In this document: one piece after another, positions 17,890 through 28,247 of the stretch
Numbering within the stretch: the stretch's first letter is position 1
How the letters are laid out: every line of letters begins with the position of its first letter
Origin: Candidatus Cloacimonadales bacterium
Lineage (GTDB): Bacteria > Cloacimonadota > Cloacimonadia > Cloacimonadales > JAFGVF01
Reading direction: 5' to 3'
Assembly: GCA_963678315.1 (NCBI GenBank)
Contig: OY782781.1
Span: 512,001 to 576,000 of the forward strand
Length of the DNA stretch: 64,000 nucleotides
Program-made: the position numbers and the translations under genes
The notes under the pieces: generated by a model
Database searches by the model: none
Told to the model about the DNA's origin: nothing
What the model saw: the letters and a program-made list of their open reading frames with translations, nothing else

Positions 17890-18491
17890 TCCTCTAGTAA
17901 AAATATTTCTTTATTAACTATTAATTCTTTGTCAAAGCCAATGGCTTGTAATCTATATTTATCTTCTTTGGATTTCACATAAGCCCCAATAACATATTCA
18001 TACGGAATACTATCTGGAACCAATATCTCAGCACATTTTTTGGACTTCTTTTCAAAATACCTTTGTTTAATCGGGTCTCTCCAGTCCTTACAATAGATAA
18101 TCGGAAAATCTAAATTTTCTACTTCCTGCTTATGATAGATTCTTGCCCAATCACTTGCAGCATTCCTGTCTGAGAACACCACTCCTGGCCTTTCAATAAC
18201 ACTTACAGAGACTCGAAGTACACATATATCTTCATTACGCCTAGCACTCATCATCGGGTTTCTTGCATGGAAATATAGATTAGCATAACTATGGAGTTGC
18301 TGTTCTCCAATTTTCTTTTTATCTCTCTTCCCCTGAACTTCTTGCATAGATATATTTTCATGCTTAATACTTACAGCTTTGTAAAATGATAAAATACCAT
18401 GTTTAATAACTGATTCCATATTCTCAATTGGTAGAATATTATGAAATTCCACAATATCTGAGAAATTGCATATTGCATAAAAGTCTATCAT
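17886..18491 (-). CDS. darT: DarT toxin (DUF4433 ssDNA ADP-ribosyltransferase)
   Basis: FHNI.PIEN..S...HGILS, HSYANLYF..RNPM, FSDRNAAS, catalytic 'AEILV'; ATG 18491 follows GGAGG (track start 18539 coincides with a TTGACA box). Confidence 0.88.
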   Translation of the reverse strand: MIDFYAICNFSDIVEFHNILPIENMESVIKHGILSFYKAVSIKHENISMQEVQGKRDKKKIGEQQLHSYANLYFHARNPMMSARRNEDICVLRVSVSVIERPGVVFSDRNAASDWARIYHKQEVENLDFPIIYCKDWRDPIKQRYFEKKSKKCAEILVPDSIPYEYVIGAYVKSKEDKYRLQAIGFDKELIVNKEIFLLEE

Positions 18492-18623
18492 GAAGTCCTC
18501 CAATATTTTTATTAATTCTTTACAAGTTTTTATTGTCAAGGTTTAATTTTTGAGAAACTTTACTGTTTGCATATTCTAACAAACGACTTATTATATTGAA
18601 AAAAGCTAGATTAGGAGTGTGAC

Positions 18624-20294
18624 ATGAAATCAGATTTAGAGATAGCAAGTGCAGTAGAATTAAAGCACATTGATGAAATTGCAAAGACACTAGGTTTAGA
18701 AGCTTCAGACTTAGAACATTATGGTGATTACAAAGCTAAGATTAAGCTTTCTAAAATTGCAGAGATAAGAAACCGCCCACGGGGTAAACTAGTTCTTGTT
18801 TCAGCTATCACACCTACTCCAGCAGGAGAGGGTAAAACAACAGTTTCTATAGGTCTTTCCATGGCCTTGAATAAGATTGGTAAGAAAACTAGTGTAGCAA
18901 TCAGAGAGCCTTCATTAGGTCCTGTTTTTGGTATTAAAGGTGGAGCTGCTGGTGGTGGTTATTCTCAGGTTCTACCTATGGAAGATATCAACCTTCATTT
19001 TACTGGAGATATGCATGCTGTAACAACAGCTAATAATACACTTTCTGCCTTGATTGATAATCATATTTATCAGGGTAATGAATTAAATATTGATCCAAGA
19101 AGAGTAACCTGGAAAAGGGTTCTTGATGTAAATGATAGAATGCTACGAGATGTGGTCATAGGCTTAGGAGGGAAGGCACAAGGTGTACCAATGGAAGAGG
19201 GCTTCGACATTACTCCAGCTTCAGAAATCATGGCAATTCTCTGCTTATCTAATAGCATTGAAGAGTTAAAGCAAAAGATTGGAGACATTACTATTGGCTA
19301 CAACTATTCTGGCGAACCTGTCTTTGTTCGTGACTTAGCTTATGAGGGAGCAATTACGACTCTTTTGAAAGATGCTATCAAGCCTAATATTGTTCAAACT
19401 ATCGAAGGTACTCCAGCCTTTATTCATGGTGGTCCCTTTGCTAATATTGCTCAAGGAGCTAACAGTATTATTGCTACCAAAACAGCTCTTGGTTTATCAG
19501 AGTATGTAGTAACTGAAGCAGGCTTTGGTTTTGATTTAGGTGCAGAAAAGTTCTTTGATATAGTTTGCCCTTATGGTGGATTCTGTACTAATGCTACCGT
19601 CTTAGTAGCCACTATTAGAGCTCTTAAACTTCATGGTGGTAAAAAACTAAAAGAGATATCTATTCCTGATGTTGAAGCTCTTAAAGAAGGATTACCAAAT
19701 TTAGCTAAACATCTTGAAAACACTAAGAAGTTTGGAATGAAATCAATTGTTGCTATTAATAAATTTGCTACAGATTCTGATGAAGAAATAAATACAGTTA
19801 AGGAATTTGTTGAAGAAATGGGATTTGATGTTTCAGTTGTTGAATTCCATGGTAAAGGTGGAGACGGAGGAATTGATTTAGCTGAAAAAGTTTCAGCAAT
19901 GATAGAATCAGATTCCTGCCATCTAAACAACTTATACGATAGAAAAGAAGCAGTCCAAGATAAGATTTTCAAGATTGCCCATGAAATATATGGTGCAGAA
20001 GCAGTAGATTATTCTCCAGAAGCTAAAAAAGCTCTAAGAATTATTAAGAAATACGGCTATGACCAACTCCCAATTTGTATAGCCAAAACACAAAAGTCAC
20101 TCTCTGATAACCCTAAATTACTAGGCAGACCAAAAGACTTCCTTGTAACAGTGAGAGATATTGTTATCTCATCAGGAGCAGGCTTCTTAGTCCCAATAAC
20201 AGGTGATATCATGAGAATGCCTGGTTTACCTAAAAATCCATCTGCTGAAAAGATGGATATTGATAAAGATGGTAATATTACTGGCTTGTTCTAA
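18624..20294 (+). CDS. fhs: Formate--tetrahydrofolate ligase
   Basis: TPTPAGEGKTT, GIKGGAAGGGYSQV, INLHFTGD, HGGPFANIA, MRMPGLP. Confidence 0.97.
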   Translation: MKSDLEIASAVELKHIDEIAKTLGLEASDLEHYGDYKAKIKLSKIAEIRNRPRGKLVLVSAITPTPAGEGKTTVSIGLSMALNKIGKKTSVAIREPSLGPVFGIKGGAAGGGYSQVLPMEDINLHFTGDMHAVTTANNTLSALIDNHIYQGNELNIDPRRVTWKRVLDVNDRMLRDVVIGLGGKAQGVPMEEGFDITPASEIMAILCLSNSIEELKQKIGDITIGYNYSGEPVFVRDLAYEGAITTLLKDAIKPNIVQTIEGTPAFIHGGPFANIAQGANSIIATKTALGLSEYVVTEAGFGFDLGAEKFFDIVCPYGGFCTNATVLVATIRALKLHGGKKLKEISIPDVEALKEGLPNLAKHLENTKKFGMKSIVAINKFATDSDEEINTVKEFVEEMGFDVSVVEFHGKGGDGGIDLAEKVSAMIESDSCHLNNLYDRKEAVQDKIFKIAHEIYGAEAVDYSPEAKKALRIIKKYGYDQLPICIAKTQKSLSDNPKLLGRPKDFLVTVRDIVISSGAGFLVPITGDIMRMPGLPKNPSAEKMDIDKDGNITGLF

Positions 20295-20343
20295 TTAAGC
20301 CCAAATAATACATTAGGGTTAATATCCTGAATCATACAACAAT

Positions 20344-20375
20344 GAGAGCCTAGAATAATCTGGGCTCTTTTTTTT
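20344..20375 (+). terminator. Intrinsic terminator after fhs
   Basis: GAGAGCCTAGA-ataa-TCTGGGCTCT followed by T tract. Confidence 0.8.
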
Positions 20376-20396
20376 GCATTATTTTTATTGCCTTTT

Positions 20397-20423
20397 GCCG
20401 GCTAGCAGCCGAGCGTTCCCAGT
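20397..20423 (-). repeat. Single REP-like unit
   Basis: Exact reverse complement of 27 nt of the tandem unit at 33088-33239. Confidence 0.85.
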
Positions 20424-20433
20424 AACTCCCTTC

Positions 20434-20670
20434 ATCCCTACTAGCCTCCTTGAAAAAATGGCGTTTTTTCAAGGAGACCCTTTGGCACGAGATAGGTTGG
20501 TAAAAAAATCAAACTTAGATCGTGCATGTGTCAGTAAACTGGGAACGCCGGCGTCCCTGCTGGCTTTAGCATGTAAGTGCATGCTAAACAATTTTTTAAA
20601 ACTTCTAAACAACCTACTTCCGTAGGTTTGGCCAGCACAGAGGCTGGCGTTCCGACTTTGCAGGATACCC
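20434..20670 (+). repeat. Composite palindromic cassette, copy 2
   Basis: End hairpin CTCCTTGAAAAAA...TTTTTTCAAGGAG-ACCC (20446-20480); REP 20538-20565; 62-nt module 20609-20670. Confidence 0.75.
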
Positions 20671-20847
20671 AGAAATTCTTTAGAAAGCAAAGACTGTTGC
20701 ATGCAACCCATATGAACAGCTTATTTCATCCACAAACACACTCTATAACTAACCATTTAGCAATGAATTCTAAAAAAGTATTGCCTAAAAAAAGACCTTT
20801 ATAAATATGGTAACTGAAAAATAAAATCTCGAAGAGGTTAAATAATT

Positions 20848-21090
20848 ATGTACAGATTAGATGATAAACATCTTGAAAAAGCTAAGGAAATAGTCCTGTC
20901 AGCTCGCAAAAAGAAAAGTTGTAAGCGATGCTACGACAGGGGCTATATTGGTATAAATGAACAAAATATGGTTGTAATATGCCATAAATGTGTTGATGCA
21001 GAAAAAGCTACAGACCAATGGAAAGAGTATGTTTTAGCTAATGAAGATTTAAAAGAACACTACAATGAGTTCTTCGAGGAAGAAGAATAA
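20848..21090 (+). CDS. Small hypothetical protein, putative Zn-binding (two CxxC)
   Basis: GAGG RBS; CKRC and CHKC; acidic tail; directly upstream of ileS. Confidence 0.7.
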   Translation: MYRLDDKHLEKAKEIVLSARKKKSCKRCYDRGYIGINEQNMVVICHKCVDAEKATDQWKEYVLANEDLKEHYNEFFEEEE

Positions 21091-21145
21091 ATCTCAATAG
21101 GCTAAATAAATAGTTCATTTAACCAATTAAGAAATTGAGGAAAAA

Positions 21146-24100
21146 ATGTATAGAAGTATTAATATTAAAGAAAATCATTCAGAATTAGAAAGTAGAGTTA
21201 GAAAACAGTGGGAAGAAAACAAGACTCACGATAAAAGTATAGAAAACAGAGATGGAAAAGAAAGATATGTTTTCTTTGAAGGCCCTCCAACAGCTAATGG
21301 TAGACCTGGTATTCACCATGTAATGGCAAGAACTTTAAAAGATACTGTTTGTCGTTACAAGACAATGCAGGGTTTTGAAGTTAAGAGAAAAGCAGGTTGG
21401 GATACTCATGGGCTTCCTGTAGAGCTTGAAGTTCAAAAGCAACTTGGAATCAAAGAAAAACCTGAAGTAGTTGAATATGGTCTTGAAGCTTTTAATAAAA
21501 AGTGTAAAGAATCTGTTTTCACTTATGAAGCTTTATGGCAAGATATGACAAAACAAATGGGATATTGGGTTGATTTAGAAAATCCATATATCACTCTTGA
21601 GAATAACTATATTGAAACTGTTTGGTGGATATTAAATGATTTCTTCCAAAGAGATTTAATATATAAAGGTCATAAAATTGTACCTTACTGCCCAAAATGC
21701 GGTACTCCTCTATCTTCTCATGAAGTTGCTCAAGGTTACGAAGATGTAAATGACCCATCTGTATTCGTTAAATTCAAGATTAAAGGTGAAGAAAACTCTT
21801 ACTTCTTAGCTTGGACAACTACACCTTGGACTCTTCTTTCAAACGTAGCTCTTGTAGTTAACCCAGAAGAAACTTACGTTAAAATTCTGATGAAAGAAGC
21901 AAATGAATACTTTATCTTAGCAAAAGCTAGATTAGGTGAAGTTATTGCTGAAGACTATGAAATTGTTGAAGAATATAAAGGCACAGACTTAGAACATAGA
22001 GAATATGAAAGATTGTATGATTTCAAAAAAGTAACGGGAAAAGGTTGGTATATTGGTTTAGCTGATTACGTAACTATGGATTCTGGTACTGGTGTTGTTC
22101 ATACTGCTCCTGCTTACGGTGCTGATGACTATAATGTGGGTCAAAAATATGGATTCCCATTTGTTCATTTAGTAAATGATGAAGGTAAATTTGTTGATGC
22201 TGTTGAACCTTGGAAAGGTCTTTTCGTTAAAGATGCAGATAAAGAAATTATCCGTGATATGAAAGAAAAGAATGTTCTTTATAAGAGAGAACAAATCAAA
22301 CATAGCTATCCTCATTGCTGGAGATGTAAATCACCTCTAATCTATTACGGTCGTGAATCATGGTTCATCAGAACTTCTCAATTCAAAGAAGAAATGATGA
22401 AAAACAACGAGACTGTTAATTGGTACCCTAAGTTTGTTGGTGAAGGTCGTTTCGGCGATTGGTTAAAAAACAACATTGACTGGGCACTTTCTAGAGACAG
22501 ATTCTGGGGAACTCCTTTGAATGTTTGGGTTTGTGAAGATGAAGAATGTGGAAAACTTGATTCTGTTGGTTCTATTGAAGAATTAAGAGAAAAAGGTGTA
22601 ATGGCTGATGGTTCAGCAGTTCCTGAAGATATTGAATTGCATAGACCTTATGTTGATGATGTATATCTGAAATGTTCTTGTGGAAAACACATGAAGAGAA
22701 CTCCAGAAGTTATCGACTGTTGGTTCGATTCAGGTGCTATGCCATTTGCTCAGTGGCACTACCCATTTGAGAATAAAGAAAAATTCGATAATGAGTTGTT
22801 CCCTGCTGATTTCATCTCTGAAGGTATTGACCAAACTCGTGGTTGGTTCTACTCCTTATTAGCAATTTCAACAATCTTGAAAGGCAAAGCTCCTTACAAG
22901 AATGTTCTTGTTAATGACCTTATTCTTGATGCTAAAGGCAACAAGATGAGTAAATCAAAAGGCAACAGTGTGGATCCATTCGACATGATGAATAAATATG
23001 GTGCTGATGTTATCAGATGGTACCTTCTATTTGTTAGTCCTCCATGGGTTCCAACTAAGTTTGATGAAAAAGGTGTTGCAGAAGTAATGGGTAAATTCTT
23101 AGGAACTCTTAAGAATGTATATTCATTCTATACTACTTATGCTAACATCGATGGATTCAATGCTAACGACTATGACTTTAATCAAAAGAAAACTGCTGAA
23201 ATAGATAGATGGATTGTTTCTAAAATAAATACATTAATCAAGCAAGTAACAGACTTTAATAATTCTTATGACTTCACACAAACAGTGAAGGCTATCCAAG
23301 AATTTATCCTCGATGACCTATCAAATTGGTACGTTAGACGCTCTAGAAGACGTTTTTGGTCTATGACCCTTACTGAGGACAAAAAGGACGCTTATTTAAC
23401 CTTAAATTTCGTTCTTGTACAGCTTGCTAAGTTAATGGCTCCTATAGCACCTTACATCTCAGATGAGATTTATACTAACCTTACAGGAAAAGAGTCTGTT
23501 CATTTGGAAGACTTCCCAAGTGTATGCGAAGAAGTGATTGATGAAAAGCTTGAACAAGAAATGAGCACAATCATGACCCTTGTAGGATTAGGTCGTGCTG
23601 CTAGAAATACTTGTCAGATTAAAGTTAGACAAACTCTACAAACAATCTTTGTACCAGAAGAAACAAGAGAAGTTGTAGAAAGAATGACTGATCTTCTTGT
23701 AGAAGAAATCAATATCAAGGACATTAAATACATATCTAGAGATAGTGATTTTGTTCATTATGAACTCAAGCCTAACTTCAAGGTGATGGGACCTAAATAC
23801 GGTAAAAACATGAAAGTTATTGCAAAAGCATTAGCTTCTGAAAACACTACTGATATTATGAAAGCCTTCAATAACAATGAAAGCTATAATTTAGTAGTTG
23901 GAGACGATACATTCGTTATTTCTGAAGAAGATGTAGCAATTAATATCCAACAACGTGAAGGCTACACTTTCGAAAGTTATAAAGAAATGTGGGTAGCTCT
24001 TGATACTGTATTATCTCCAGAACTTATCGAAGAAGGTTATGCTAGAGAAATAAATAACAGAATTCAAAACACTAGAAAAGACATGAGCTTCGAAATAATG

Positions 24101-24286
24101 GACAGAATTAAAGTTCATTATTATGCAGAAGAAGAAGCTGTTGCTAATGTCTTTGTTAAATATGCAAACTTCATTTCATCAGATACATTGACAGATGAGT
24201 TTGTTGCTTGTGAGAACAATGACAATATGAATGAATACGATATCAATGGTAAAATAGTATTCATGAGAATTGAAAAAAATAACTAA
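21146..24286 (+). CDS. ileS: Isoleucine--tRNA ligase, type 2 (IleRS2)
   Basis: EGPPTANG.PGIHH, GWDTHGLP, WTTTPWTL, KMSKS, EGIDQTRGWF; 1046 aa with type-2 C-terminus (EGYARE..N.IQ..RK), no C-terminal Zn finger. Confidence 0.96.
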   Translation: MYRSINIKENHSELESRVRKQWEENKTHDKSIENRDGKERYVFFEGPPTANGRPGIHHVMARTLKDTVCRYKTMQGFEVKRKAGWDTHGLPVELEVQKQLGIKEKPEVVEYGLEAFNKKCKESVFTYEALWQDMTKQMGYWVDLENPYITLENNYIETVWWILNDFFQRDLIYKGHKIVPYCPKCGTPLSSHEVAQGYEDVNDPSVFVKFKIKGEENSYFLAWTTTPWTLLSNVALVVNPEETYVKILMKEANEYFILAKARLGEVIAEDYEIVEEYKGTDLEHREYERLYDFKKVTGKGWYIGLADYVTMDSGTGVVHTAPAYGADDYNVGQKYGFPFVHLVNDEGKFVDAVEPWKGLFVKDADKEIIRDMKEKNVLYKREQIKHSYPHCWRCKSPLIYYGRESWFIRTSQFKEEMMKNNETVNWYPKFVGEGRFGDWLKNNIDWALSRDRFWGTPLNVWVCEDEECGKLDSVGSIEELREKGVMADGSAVPEDIELHRPYVDDVYLKCSCGKHMKRTPEVIDCWFDSGAMPFAQWHYPFENKEKFDNELFPADFISEGIDQTRGWFYSLLAISTILKGKAPYKNVLVNDLILDAKGNKMSKSKGNSVDPFDMMNKYGADVIRWYLLFVSPPWVPTKFDEKGVAEVMGKFLGTLKNVYSFYTTYANIDGFNANDYDFNQKKTAEIDRWIVSKINTLIKQVTDFNNSYDFTQTVKAIQEFILDDLSNWYVRRSRRRFWSMTLTEDKKDAYLTLNFVLVQLAKLMAPIAPYISDEIYTNLTGKESVHLEDFPSVCEEVIDEKLEQEMSTIMTLVGLGRAARNTCQIKVRQTLQTIFVPEETREVVERMTDLLVEEINIKDIKYISRDSDFVHYELKPNFKVMGPKYGKNMKVIAKALASENTTDIMKAFNNNESYNLVVGDDTFVISEEDVAINIQQREGYTFESYKEMWVALDTVLSPELIEEGYAREINNRIQNTRKDMSFEIMDRIKVHYYAEEEAVANVFVKYANFISSDTLTDEFVACENNDNMNEYDINGKIVFMRIEKNN

Positions 24287-24306
24287 TTAAAATTGATTAT
24301 AAAAGT

Positions 24307-24338
24307 AAAAAGACTGGCGTAAAAACCAGTCTTTTTTT
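24307..24338. terminator. Bidirectional terminator between ileS and the cyclase gene
   Basis: AAAAAGACTGG...CCAGTCTTTTTTT. Confidence 0.8.
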
Positions 24339-24374
24339 ATAGTGATTAAGAAATTAATCTTGTATAAGCTTATT

Positions 24375-27300
24375 CTATACTTCACCTAGCTTTCTATAGA
24401 TGTTATTCAATAGAGCTTCTACACTCTTTACACCTTGGCTAAATTCACATTTCTTGAAGATATCCAATGCTTCCCTAAGTTTAGGTTTTGCTTCTTCGAA
24501 CTTACTCTGTTCATAATCACAAGTAGCCCAATTGTAGAGAGCTTTACCCTCTGCTTCTTTACTTCCAAGCTCGTGAAGAAGTTCGAATTCTTCCTTGTAA
24601 TATTTATCAGCATTTATATAATCTTTACTCTCTTTAGAAATAGTACCAAGTAATCCTAATGAAATAGCAACACCTTCACGATCATTGATTTTACGCTGCA
24701 TCTCAATGTTTTGCTGAATAATATCAATAGCATGGTCCTTCATGTTTATCCTGAGATATATCTGTGCTATCAAAGAATTTGAGAAAGAAAGTGTTCTAAC
24801 ATTCTCAGTTTGTTCTCCAATCTCTTTACACTTAAACGCATTCTGGAGAGCTTTATCAAACTTAGACATAGTGAAGTATGTTAAAGCAAAATTATAGTAT
24901 ATTCTTGAAACTTGGTTATTGTTGTTACTCAGTTGAGCAAGCCCTAAAGCTTCATTTAACACTGCTAGAGTCTTAGTAAAATGGCTCTTATTCATTTCAA
25001 GCATTGCCAAATCAGAAAGAATCTTACACTTAGTGATTCTATTACCTATATCTTCAGCAAACTGTAGTGCTTTAGAGTAATATTCTTGTGCTTCTTGGAA
25101 GTTTCCAAGTTTATAGTATATCAAGCCTACGTTGTGATTACCACTAGCAATCAGAGTTTGATTACCATTGTCTTCTAACAAGCTTGCATTAAGCTTAAAG
25201 TAGTGCAAAGAATCATAATATTTAGATCTTTCAAGGAAATATACCCCTAGCAGATTAGCTAAACGACCTACAATAAAATCATCTTCTTCATCAAGATATT
25301 CATCGAGTAATTCTAGAGATAGATCTTCAAACTTCTCATCTTGATTAAGGAACCTAAGAGAATCCAAGTAATAAATAACTAAATAGTTTCTATATTCAGT
25401 GTGTTCAAAGATATCTAATCTATTCTGAGTGAACTCAACTAGTTCCTGATACTTCTCTTGTTTAAATAAATAATTAGCAATAAGATATTCTTGCTTAAAC
25501 CATTGCGGACTATCACTTTCAATAACAGGTTTAACTTCATCAAACAACTCTTCAGCAGATTTAATATCACCGTCTTCTAGATGAACTTCTATCATTTTTA
25601 GCTTAGTATTTACAATCTTCTCTGTATCTAGTATATTATTGTCTTCTAAATAACTAAGAAGTTTAATACAGTATTCAATTGCAGAAGCATGCTGATGATA
25701 GCTTATTGCATTATCAATAGCTAGTTCCAAATAGTTTGCTGCTTTTATCATTAGTCCACCATGGATACAGTTATAAATCAATTCATCGTAATGCTCGTTA
25801 ATGCTATCAGAGTAAATCTCTTCCATAGCCTTAACAGCGGTTTTATGAATATTTACTGCATGCTTTTTTAGTAAAAGATTGTAACAACAGTCCCTAAATA
25901 GAGTATTTCTAAATGAATACTGATTGTGCATTGATGAATACCAGATATTCTCAATCTCACCCTCAGATAAGAATTTAGAGATATCATTACCACCCATCAT
26001 CTTCATTAAGACATTCTTGTTAAACTTTATACCTAGAACAGAAGCAACTTTAACAACCTTCTTTAGAATTTCACCAAGCTTATCAATTCTAGCTATAATC
26101 ATTTGATTAATGTTGTCAGGTATTGAGAAATCTTCTTTTAATAAAGTATAAGTACTATCTATGAGTTGTTCTTTCTTTAAGTAGAAGATTAGTTGTTCAA
26201 TAAAGAAAGGGTTACCTCTAGATTTATTATAAATAAGGTTATAGGTTTCCTGAGGAACATGTTTTATATCCTCTTCGTCATCATTCATAAGGTTAGTAAT
26301 AAGAACTTTTGCATCTCTTTTCTTGAAGTTACTAACTTCAAAATAGGAATCGTTATCATTTTTACCCAACATTTCTAGCAGAGCATCTTGCTTAGTACGA
26401 CTGATAAAGATAATAAATATAGGATATTCAGCAATCAATGGTACAAAATACTCAATAAATTTACTTGATTCAGCATCTAAGTCATCTGCATTATCAATAA
26501 AGATTACTGATGGCTTATTAAGGGATATAAGTCGGAATATATTTGTTATAGCAAAGAATGTATTTTCGTAACGATTCTTAGCAACGTCACTATCTAATGA
26601 CGAAACATCCATTTCGCTAATCCCAATGAAGCTTTCTAGAAGATTGATTCCATTATTAAGCTCATGAACCAAGATTTTATTAACAACATTCTTAGCGTAA
26701 AATTCTATCTTATCAACTATTTTAGCGTGGTTTTCTTCATAGTCTGCTAAGTCACTAATATTGAATAGTTGCTTTAAAAAGGTTATAATTGGATTAGAGT
26801 TTTGCTTTAACACCGGATCACAAGCCATATATAGCCAAGAATAATTTTCCTTTCCAAGCACATTTACAAGCTCTGATGAAAGCCTTGTTTTTCCAACACC
26901 TTCATCTCCATAGATGTTAATCAGACTACTTTTGGCTTTGTTTTCAGAGTTTTCAATTAATACTGAGATATCACTTAGCAGGTTTCTGCGACCTACAAAC
27001 TTATCTGAATAGGCTAGGAATTCAGTAATATGTGTTGATTTAATTAACTTATAGGTTGCTATTTTGGTAGAGAAGCCTTTATAGTCTCTATAACCTTTCA
27101 TTAATATCTTAAAGTTATCTTTATTTTTAGTATAAATATACTTATCTAGGAATATTTCATCATAATCAGCCTGTATAGCGAATCTAGCGGACAGATTAAC
27201 TGACATACCTATAGCGGTATACTCTCCACGCTCTAAGCTTCCTATATAGCCTGTATAGGCTTGTCCAAAGCTAAGGCCTACTCGGCAAGTGAAGTCTTTG

Positions 27301-28163
27301 AGTTTCATTAATTCTAACGAGAATTTACTTGCTCGGGCTGTGATATCCCTAAATCCTTTAGGAGCACCAAAGAGAACCAGGATAATTCCACCTTTATCAC
27401 CGAAGTCAATCTTGTTGAAATATCCACCATACCTAAAAGAAAGGTCCATTATTCTGGATAAAATCTTGTTCAGATTATCATTATTCTTGAAGGAAATAAA
27501 ACAAGATACGATTTTTCTAAATTCTCCATTGAAATCTTTATCACCGAGAATACTAGGTATAAATCTATCGTAATAGGAATAAATTTCTTCATCATAAGCA
27601 GGAATAATGTTATGATAGTTATGTTTATATTTAGGTATGTTTAAAGATTTAATAACCATATTGATACTAGCTTTAGATAAAGAATCTACAGCATCATCAA
27701 TAGCTGTTCCCTTAAAGTAGTAGGCAGAATTTGTATCATTTTCAATGATAGATAAACTCACATCACCGTAGCCAATACCTACTCTAATACTAATAAGAGA
27801 ATTTATCTTATACTTCTTTAAGATATCAAGAGAATTTATTCTAGCTATAAGTTCTTCACTTGTATCAATAATTTTCTGAGTTGTTGTAACTTCATCTGGG
27901 AATATTGCAGTAAAAGAATCTCCTGCAAAAGACGATATAAATCCATTAATTTTATGAATAGAGGATAATAGTGGAGTAAAGACATTATCTATAATCTCTG
28001 CGAGATATTCTGATCCATTCTCTCCAATTTCTAGGAGTATTTGGCTCAGTTTAGTAAATCCACCTATATCGACAATCATGACCATAGCCTGAAAGTCTTT
28101 TTCTTTTACACCTTTACTATATTCATTTAAAACAAATGCGGGTATAAGACTTTTATGTTTCAT
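24375..28163 (-). CDS. Class III nucleotidyl cyclase (tandem domains)-STAND ATPase-TPR protein (ADCY10/sAC-like architecture)
   Basis: IVDIGGFT and FAGDS (cyclase 1); DFGDKG..LFGAP, YTAIG..VNLSAR (cyclase 2); FVGR; Walker A GDEGVGKT; Walker B IFIDN; SRGNPFFIEQL; C-terminal TPRs. Confidence 0.85.
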   Translation of the reverse strand: MKHKSLIPAFVLNEYSKGVKEKDFQAMVMIVDIGGFTKLSQILLEIGENGSEYLAEIIDNVFTPLLSSIHKINGFISSFAGDSFTAIFPDEVTTTQKIIDTSEELIARINSLDILKKYKINSLISIRVGIGYGDVSLSIIENDTNSAYYFKGTAIDDAVDSLSKASINMVIKSLNIPKYKHNYHNIIPAYDEEIYSYYDRFIPSILGDKDFNGEFRKIVSCFISFKNNDNLNKILSRIMDLSFRYGGYFNKIDFGDKGGIILVLFGAPKGFRDITARASKFSLELMKLKDFTCRVGLSFGQAYTGYIGSLERGEYTAIGMSVNLSARFAIQADYDEIFLDKYIYTKNKDNFKILMKGYRDYKGFSTKIATYKLIKSTHITEFLAYSDKFVGRRNLLSDISVLIENSENKAKSSLINIYGDEGVGKTRLSSELVNVLGKENYSWLYMACDPVLKQNSNPIITFLKQLFNISDLADYEENHAKIVDKIEFYAKNVVNKILVHELNNGINLLESFIGISEMDVSSLDSDVAKNRYENTFFAITNIFRLISLNKPSVIFIDNADDLDAESSKFIEYFVPLIAEYPIFIIFISRTKQDALLEMLGKNDNDSYFEVSNFKKRDAKVLITNLMNDDEEDIKHVPQETYNLIYNKSRGNPFFIEQLIFYLKKEQLIDSTYTLLKEDFSIPDNINQMIIARIDKLGEILKKVVKVASVLGIKFNKNVLMKMMGGNDISKFLSEGEIENIWYSSMHNQYSFRNTLFRDCCYNLLLKKHAVNIHKTAVKAMEEIYSDSINEHYDELIYNCIHGGLMIKAANYLELAIDNAISYHQHASAIEYCIKLLSYLEDNNILDTEKIVNTKLKMIEVHLEDGDIKSAEELFDEVKPVIESDSPQWFKQEYLIANYLFKQEKYQELVEFTQNRLDIFEHTEYRNYLVIYYLDSLRFLNQDEKFEDLSLELLDEYLDEEDDFIVGRLANLLGVYFLERSKYYDSLHYFKLNASLLEDNGNQTLIASGNHNVGLIYYKLGNFQEAQEYYSKALQFAEDIGNRITKCKILSDLAMLEMNKSHFTKTLAVLNEALGLAQLSNNNNQVSRIYYNFALTYFTMSKFDKALQNAFKCKEIGEQTENVRTLSFSNSLIAQIYLRINMKDHAIDIIQQNIEMQRKINDREGVAISLGLLGTISKESKDYINADKYYKEEFELLHELGSKEAEGKALYNWATCDYEQSKFEEAKPKLREALDIFKKCEFSQGVKSVEALLNNIYRKLGEV

Positions 28164-28193
28164 TATCTCCCCAGTTAGTTGTTAATTAATAAA

Positions 28194-28216
28194 CAACCCT
28201 CATAGTATGAGGGTTG
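28194..28216 (-). terminator. Stem-loop between repeat-protein gene and cyclase gene (weak terminator or mRNA stabiliser)
   Basis: CAACCCTCATA-g-TATGAGGGTTG perfect 11-bp inverted repeat, short U tract on the minus strand. Confidence 0.55.
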
Positions 28217-28247
28217 AGTATATATATGCTGTTATATGGAGAGAAGT

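Noticed and set aside
20374..20804. Short ORFs 20374-20625, 20469-20711, 20577-20804
   Set aside because: They run through palindromic repeat modules, with no RBS or protein-like composition
20700..21145. T-box riboswitch upstream of ileS (or alaS)
   Set aside because: No AAGGTGGTACC-type T-box or antiterminator seen; leaders are short or contain an ORF
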